A stretch of 20,217 nt of DNA from Candidatus Diapherotrites archaeon CG10_big_fil_rev_8_21_14_0_10_31_34. Lineage in GTDB: Archaea; Iainarchaeota; Iainarchaeia; Iainarchaeales; 1-14-0-10-31-34. The DNA lies in NCBI GenBank assembly GCA_002763225.1, contig PFAI01000037.1:2531-22747 (forward strand). Reading direction: 5' to 3'. Under the pieces are notes generated by a model. That model saw only the letters and a list, made by a program, of their open reading frames with translations, made no database searches and was not told the DNA's origin. Below, piece by piece: positions 15,480 to 20,217 of this stretch; the stretch's first letter is position 1; each line of letters begins with the position of its first letter. Made by a program: the position numbers and the translations under genes.

Positions 15480-17747
15480 ATGGCTGACTACTTAAAGGAT
15501 TTAGTTAAAAAAGCTAAACGAATTAAAACAGAAGAAGAAGCAGTTAAACCTAAACCAAAAGAAATTACAGTGGATACAGAAGAACTGAGAAAAAAACTTA
15601 TTTTAGAGAAAAGACAAAAAGAAAAACTAAGAAAACAGTCATTAGAAGATGAATTAAGACAAAAAGTTCCTCCAAAAAAAGAAATAGAAGAAGAAACTGA
15701 AAACCCGGAAGAAAAAGAAAAAAGAGATGTTTCAAAAGTAGAAAAAGAATTAGAGTCACTGGAAAAAAAAGAAATTGATTCTTATGGAGAAGTAAAAATA
15801 TACAAGGTTTCGGGAAAAAGTCTGCCTTATTATGTTATTCCAGTAACAAAACCGACTTTAGGGGAAAGAACTGTTATTAACACAATCAAAGAAGCCGCAA
15901 CAAGATTGATTTCAATTGCACCTTACAGAATAAGGGACCCTGAACAAAGAAGAACTGTTTACAAGCAAAGAATAATTGAAATACTTCAGGCTTCAACTGA
16001 ACTAAATATTCCTGAAAGAAGATTTAATTTTTATGCTGAATCAGTTGTAAGAGAAATGGTTGGATATGGATTAATTGATCCATTAATCAGAGACGACAAA
16101 CTAGAAGAAATAATGGTTATTGGGCCAAAAAAACCTGTTTATGTTTTTCACAGACAATACGAAATGATGATGACAAACATAGAGTTTTTTGGCGACAACG
16201 AAATAGAAGACTTAATTAACAAAATTGGAAGAGAAGTCGGAAGAAGAGTTGATATTTCTACTCCATTACTGGATGCAAGATTAGCTGATGGTTCAAGAGT
16301 AAATGCCACTATTCCTCCTGCATCAATTTCTGGTTCAAGTTTAACAATCAGAAAATTCAGGGCAGACCCTTACTCAATAGTTGACTTAATAAATTATGGT
16401 TCATTTGACACTAAAAGTGCTGCATTTCTATGGTTATGTGTTGAAGGTTTAGGAGTAAAGCCGGCAAACATTTTGATTACAGGAGGAACAGGATCAGGAA
16501 AAACAACTACACTAAATGTTCTGGCTTCATTTATTCCTGAAAGAGAAAGAATTGTAACAATAGAAGACACAGCAGAATTACATTTACCTTTAGAACACAT
16601 AATTAGTTTGGAGTCAAGACCTCCAGGATTAGAAGGAACAGGAGAAATAACAATAGATATTTTAACAAAAAATTCTTTGAGAATGCGTCCAGACAGAGTA
16701 ATAGTAGGAGAAGTAAGACATGACGAAGCATTCACACTTTTTACAGCTATGAACACAGGGCATGATGGTATGGTAGTAGGAAAAACTTTAATCCAGTTAA
16801 GTGAAGGAAACAAAATTAAGATTGAAGAAATTGCAAAAAAAGCGTTTAATGGAAGAACTACAAAAAAAGAAAAAGACTATGAAACAATTGAACTGAAAGA
16901 AAAAATTATGGTACCTTCTTTCAATAAAAATACATTAAAAATTGAAGAAAAAAAAATAACTCATGTTTTTAAGAGGAAAAAAAAGCAAAAAATAATGAAA
17001 ATTAAGTTGTTGAATGGAAAAGAACTTCATTTAACAAAAGACCATCCTATTTACAGGATTGAAAATGGAATAAAAGAAATTAATTCTGAACAGGCAAGAA
17101 AAGAGGATTGTATTTTAGTTAAGCCAGAAACAAACCATAATTATTTAAGTAATTTAATTCAAGGGCAAACAACAAACCAAATTCAGATTTTAGTTGAATC
17201 AGATTTAAGGTTTGAAAAAATAGTTTCAGTTGAAGAAGAAGAATTTGGTGGATGGATGTATGATTTGACTGTAGAAGACAATCACAACTACATTGCAAAT
17301 GGAGTGATTATTTCAAATTGTTTGGGTACAATTCACGCTAACTCTCCGCAAGAAACCCTTGTAAGGGTTACCAGTCCTCCGATGAATGTTCCTGAAGTAA
17401 TGCTTTCAGGATTAGATTTAATTGTAGTTGAACACAGAATTCATGACAAAAAGAAAGGAACCATCAGAAGAATAACTGAAATTGCAGAAGTAACAGGAGT
17501 ATTAGAAAACAAAACATCTACACAGACATTATTTGAAAGAGATGCTTTAAGGGATAAATTAACCAGAAGCAATGCTGAAAGCAGTTATGTTAAAAATTTA
17601 ATGAAGTTCACTGGATATAATGCAAAACAAATAGAAAAAGAATTAACTGACAGAGAAAATTTTTTGAAAAAATTAATTGACAAAAAAATTCATAATATGG
17701 ATGAAGTGGCTGAAGCAATGAGAGATTTTTTGAATAGAAGAACGTGA
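15480..17747 (+). CDS. Type IV/Tad pilus assembly ATPase (CpaF/TadA/VirB11, KlbA-like) precursor containing an intein
   Basis: LDARLADGSRVNA, LTIRKF, Walker A GGTGSGKT, Asp box TIEDTAEL, LRMRPDRVIVGEVR, and His box AMNTGHDG|CLGTIHAN split by an insertion. TATA at 15444-15451; AGGAGA at 15472-15477. Confidence 0.95.
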   Translation: MADYLKDLVKKAKRIKTEEEAVKPKPKEITVDTEELRKKLILEKRQKEKLRKQSLEDELRQKVPPKKEIEEETENPEEKEKRDVSKVEKELESLEKKEIDSYGEVKIYKVSGKSLPYYVIPVTKPTLGERTVINTIKEAATRLISIAPYRIRDPEQRRTVYKQRIIEILQASTELNIPERRFNFYAESVVREMVGYGLIDPLIRDDKLEEIMVIGPKKPVYVFHRQYEMMMTNIEFFGDNEIEDLINKIGREVGRRVDISTPLLDARLADGSRVNATIPPASISGSSLTIRKFRADPYSIVDLINYGSFDTKSAAFLWLCVEGLGVKPANILITGGTGSGKTTTLNVLASFIPERERIVTIEDTAELHLPLEHIISLESRPPGLEGTGEITIDILTKNSLRMRPDRVIVGEVRHDEAFTLFTAMNTGHDGMVVGKTLIQLSEGNKIKIEEIAKKAFNGRTTKKEKDYETIELKEKIMVPSFNKNTLKIEEKKITHVFKRKKKQKIMKIKLLNGKELHLTKDHPIYRIENGIKEINSEQARKEDCILVKPETNHNYLSNLIQGQTTNQIQILVESDLRFEKIVSVEEEEFGGWMYDLTVEDNHNYIANGVIISNCLGTIHANSPQETLVRVTSPPMNVPEVMLSGLDLIVVEHRIHDKKKGTIRRITEIAEVTGVLENKTSTQTLFERDALRDKLTRSNAESSYVKNLMKFTGYNAKQIEKELTDRENFLKKLIDKKIHNMDEVAEAMRDFLNRRT
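16770..17318 (+). mobile_element. Mini-intein (183 aa, no homing endonuclease), KlbA-type
   Basis: Inserted between TGHDG and CLGT. Block B LTKDHPIY, block F WMYDLTVEDNHNYIA, block G NGVIISN, Cys+1; first residue Met. Confidence 0.93.
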
Positions 17748-17751
17748 TTAA

Positions 17752-18909
17752 ATGGCAGAAAAAATTGAAAAGCTAAGAAAAATAATTGAAGAAAAAAAAG
17801 AGAAAAAAGACAATAAAAAACATTCAGTGGACATGGAAGAAGTAGAAAAAATTGTTGACAGAATGAAGAGAAGGTATTCAGATGAAGGCATGGAAATGGA
17901 AGAAGTCGGAGGAAGACTAAAAGAATTAAGAGGAATTATTGCAGAAGGAAAACAAAAAGAAATAGAAGTCCAGACAGTAGAAGACTTAAAAGTATTTAAT
18001 TCTCCAATGGTAAGAAGTTTAGGAAAATTTTATTTAGCTTTAAAAGGAATAACCAAACCGATTGAAAGCATGATTAGCAGATTACCTCAGGTAAAACAAC
18101 TGAGTTTTTATCTGTATAGCGCAAACATGAGTATTTCAGCAAAACAATTTTTAGCAATACTTACTTCAGTTGCATTAATTGTTTTTGTTATTTCAGCTGT
18201 ACTGCTTACAACAATAGTTTTCATGTTTTTTTCTGATGCATCAATAATAAGCAAAAGCTTGTTGGTTTTAATGGTTAGTTTAATGTTTACTTTTATGACA
18301 ATTATTATTGGTTTTTTGATTCCACGAAGAAAAGCAATGGCCAGAGGAGACGAAGTATCAAAAGAACTCCCTTTTGCATTAAGGCACATGGCAACAGAAT
18401 TAAAATCAGGTTTAGGTTTATACAGAACAATCCAGACAATTGCTTTAGCTGATTACGGGGCATTAAGCGAAGAATTCTCCAGAACAATAAATGAAATAGA
18501 AGAAGGAACAGATACAAAACTGGCTTTAAGGCATTTAGCATTAAGAACTCAGTCAAAAGCTTTAAGAAATTCATTAATTCACGTAATAAGAGCTTTAAGA
18601 ACAGGAGGAAACTTATCAATTATAATGAATGATATTGCAGACGACGTATCTTTTTCTTTAAGAATGAAAATAAAAGATTTTGCCCAGAAAATGAATTTTT
18701 TTGCAACAATATTTATTTATTTTGCAATTGTTATTCCAGTGTTTATGTCAATTTTAGGAGGCATAAGAATTACTCCAATTCAGTCAGGAAGCGTATTTGA
18801 ATCACTTCCATTAGATATTCCAATGCTGGCAGTATTCTTTTTGATTTTTATGCCAATGCTTTTAATTTACTTAATAGTATTTATTTCAATGAGCCAGCCA
18901 AAGGTGTAA
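17752..18909 (+). CDS. Type II secretion system F family pilus platform protein (TadB-like)
   Basis: ELPFALRHMATELKSGLGL, YGALSEEF and LRTGGNL plus TM segments; directly downstream of the ATPase. Confidence 0.9.
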   Translation: MAEKIEKLRKIIEEKKEKKDNKKHSVDMEEVEKIVDRMKRRYSDEGMEMEEVGGRLKELRGIIAEGKQKEIEVQTVEDLKVFNSPMVRSLGKFYLALKGITKPIESMISRLPQVKQLSFYLYSANMSISAKQFLAILTSVALIVFVISAVLLTTIVFMFFSDASIISKSLLVLMVSLMFTFMTIIIGFLIPRRKAMARGDEVSKELPFALRHMATELKSGLGLYRTIQTIALADYGALSEEFSRTINEIEEGTDTKLALRHLALRTQSKALRNSLIHVIRALRTGGNLSIIMNDIADDVSFSLRMKIKDFAQKMNFFATIFIYFAIVIPVFMSILGGIRITPIQSGSVFESLPLDIPMLAVFFLIFMPMLLIYLIVFISMSQPKV

Positions 18910-18913
18910 TGTT

Positions 18914-19933
18914 ATGTCAAGAGTTAGATTATATCAAAAAATTGGTTTTTTGAAGAACTCAAAATTCCTGAAAAAATACGAAAAATATTTGTCTGAAATA
19001 AACCTTAAAGTAGATCCATTGCTTTGGATGACTTTGAGTTTATTAATTGCATTAATTATTGGGTTACTGACTTTCTTTGTATTGAGTTTTTTGTCTCCGG
19101 TAACTGACCCTGCTTTAGTTGCAATAGGAGACCAAAACCCGCCTTTAAGCGAATCAATGATAATAATGGTTTTCATTTTATTTTTTGTTACACTGGATTT
19201 AATGCTTGGATATCCATACATTAAAGGAATCGGAAGAATAAACAAAATAGAAGAAGAACTGCCTGAAGCATTAAAACAAATGGCAGACATTTTAAAAGCA
19301 GGCGGAACATATGAATATGCTTTAAGAGAAATAAGCCACGCAGACTTCGGGCCATTAACAACAGAACTAGAAAATGTTTTAAGGAAACTGGAAGAAGGAG
19401 AAAACTTTGAAGATTCTCTTTCAACTTTATCTTATAACATTGATTCAAGATTAGTTAAAAGAAGTGTAACAATAATAATCGATTCAGTTAAAGCAGGAGC
19501 AGGCTTAGCTGATATCTTAGACGAAATTGCAGAAGACATCAGAGACACAAACAGGCTTAACCACGAAAGAAGAAGCCAGACATTAATGCAGGTATTATTT
19601 ATGGTTACTGCAGGAGCATTAGTCACTCCATTTATTTTTGGTTTGATTTCAACTATAGTTGATTTCTTAATTGGAAGTTCATCTAAACTGGCAACCCTTC
19701 CAACTGAAATCAGATTAGAAGCAACCCAGTCAAAATATATTTTATTGTATTTGCTTCAAATTTATGTTTTCATTGAAATCACTACATCAAGTGTAATGAT
19801 TTCTTTGATGAGAGAAGGAAAGAAAAACAAAAGTATTATATACTTACCAATCCTTTTATTTATCGGTTATGTTGTTTACTTCCTGTCAGGAATTATTTCA
19901 AGATCTCTAATCGCAGGAATTGGAGGAGTATAA
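18914..19933 (+). CDS. Type II secretion system F family pilus platform protein (TadC-like)
   Basis: IEEELPEALKQMADILKAG, FGPLTTEL and GAGLADILDEIAEDIR plus TM segments. Confidence 0.9.
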   Translation: MSRVRLYQKIGFLKNSKFLKKYEKYLSEINLKVDPLLWMTLSLLIALIIGLLTFFVLSFLSPVTDPALVAIGDQNPPLSESMIIMVFILFFVTLDLMLGYPYIKGIGRINKIEEELPEALKQMADILKAGGTYEYALREISHADFGPLTTELENVLRKLEEGENFEDSLSTLSYNIDSRLVKRSVTIIIDSVKAGAGLADILDEIAEDIRDTNRLNHERRSQTLMQVLFMVTAGALVTPFIFGLISTIVDFLIGSSSKLATLPTEIRLEATQSKYILLYLLQIYVFIEITTSSVMISLMREGKKNKSIIYLPILLFIGYVVYFLSGIISRSLIAGIGGV

Positions 19934-19935
19934 AA

Positions 19936-20076
19936 ATGGATAAAAAAGCACAAACATCAATTGAAACACTCTTAATTATTGCAGCAGCAGTAGTCATTGC
20001 AGTAGTTGTAGGAGCATTCTTAAAAGGACTTGTAACAGGCCCAATAGCACACAAAACAGGAGAATTAGCAAACTAA
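19936..20076 (+). CDS. Small type IV pilin (class III signal peptide), 46 aa
   Basis: Not in the ORF track. MDKKA|QTSIETLLIIAAAVVIAVVVGAFLKGLVTGPIAHKTGELAN*; Q+1 and E+5; GGAGG at 19922-19926. Confidence 0.88.
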   Translation: MDKKAQTSIETLLIIAAAVVIAVVVGAFLKGLVTGPIAHKTGELAN

Positions 20077-20080
20077 AAAG

Positions 20081-20094
20081 AAAATATTTATAAA
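20081..20094 (+). promoter_or_regulatory. Putative BRE/TATA promoter for the second pilin
   Basis: A-rich run followed by TTTATAAA (20087-20094), upstream of GGAGGG (20141-20146) and ATG 20155. Confidence 0.5.
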
Positions 20095-20154
20095 CAAAAG
20101 TAGAGTTATTAAATAAAGAAATAAATTTTTTTAAAAAAAAGGAGGGAAAAAAGA

Positions 20155-20217
20155 ATGGACAACAAAGCACAAGGAGCATTAGAATACCTGTTGTTAATCG
20201 GAGGAGCAGTGTTAATC
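20155..20217 (+). CDS. Type IV pilin (class III signal peptide), 5' partial; runs off the right edge
   Basis: MDNKA|QGALEYLLLIGGAVLI...; Q+1 and E+5; strong SD GGAGGG. Confidence 0.88.
   Translation, partial: MDNKAQGALEYLLLIGGAVLI

Noticed and set aside
17100..17210. Homing endonuclease within the intein
   Set aside because: Only a ~25-aa linker separates the splicing halves; there is no LAGLIDADG or HNH motif.
1391..20179. Short antisense ORFs in the track (e.g. 1391-1921, 3847-4101, 5239-5448, 6037-6324, 12187-12768, 14370-14680, 16394-16813, 18108-19626, 19994-20179)
   Set aside because: They shadow well-supported genes on the opposite strand and have mirror-image composition with no recognisable motifs.

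Overview
This is an AT-rich, gene-dense archaeal chromosome segment. Archaeal RFC-S, Nre with a PIP box, class III signal-peptide pilins, TATA/leaderless promoters and near-zero intergenic space suggest a streamlined DPANN lineage such as Diapherotrites/Iainarchaeota, but that lineage is inference only. Gene order: topA 5' end (-), Lrp/AsnC regulator (-), a tandem-ATP-cone protein resembling a catalytically stripped class III RNR (+), a membrane protein (-), a Cys-rich anchored surface protein (+), a membrane protein (-), rfcS (+), a small membrane protein (+), nreA (-), a thiamine salvage operon thiN-thiBPQ (+), a basic orphan (-), bacterial-type thrS (+), a ~220-nt A-rich tract, and a type IV/Tad pilus operon (ATPase, two TadB/C-like platform proteins, and two small pilins missed by the ORF track). 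Three features stand out. (1) The last 24-27 nt of rfcS occur three times, separated by 55-56-nt GC-rich double-hairpin units, and a covarying copy of the same hairpin element lies upstream of rfcS. (2) The pilus ATPase carries a KlbA-type mini-intein that starts with Met rather than Cys/Ser/Ala. (3) The NrdD-like pseudoenzyme is divergently transcribed from an Lrp regulator.
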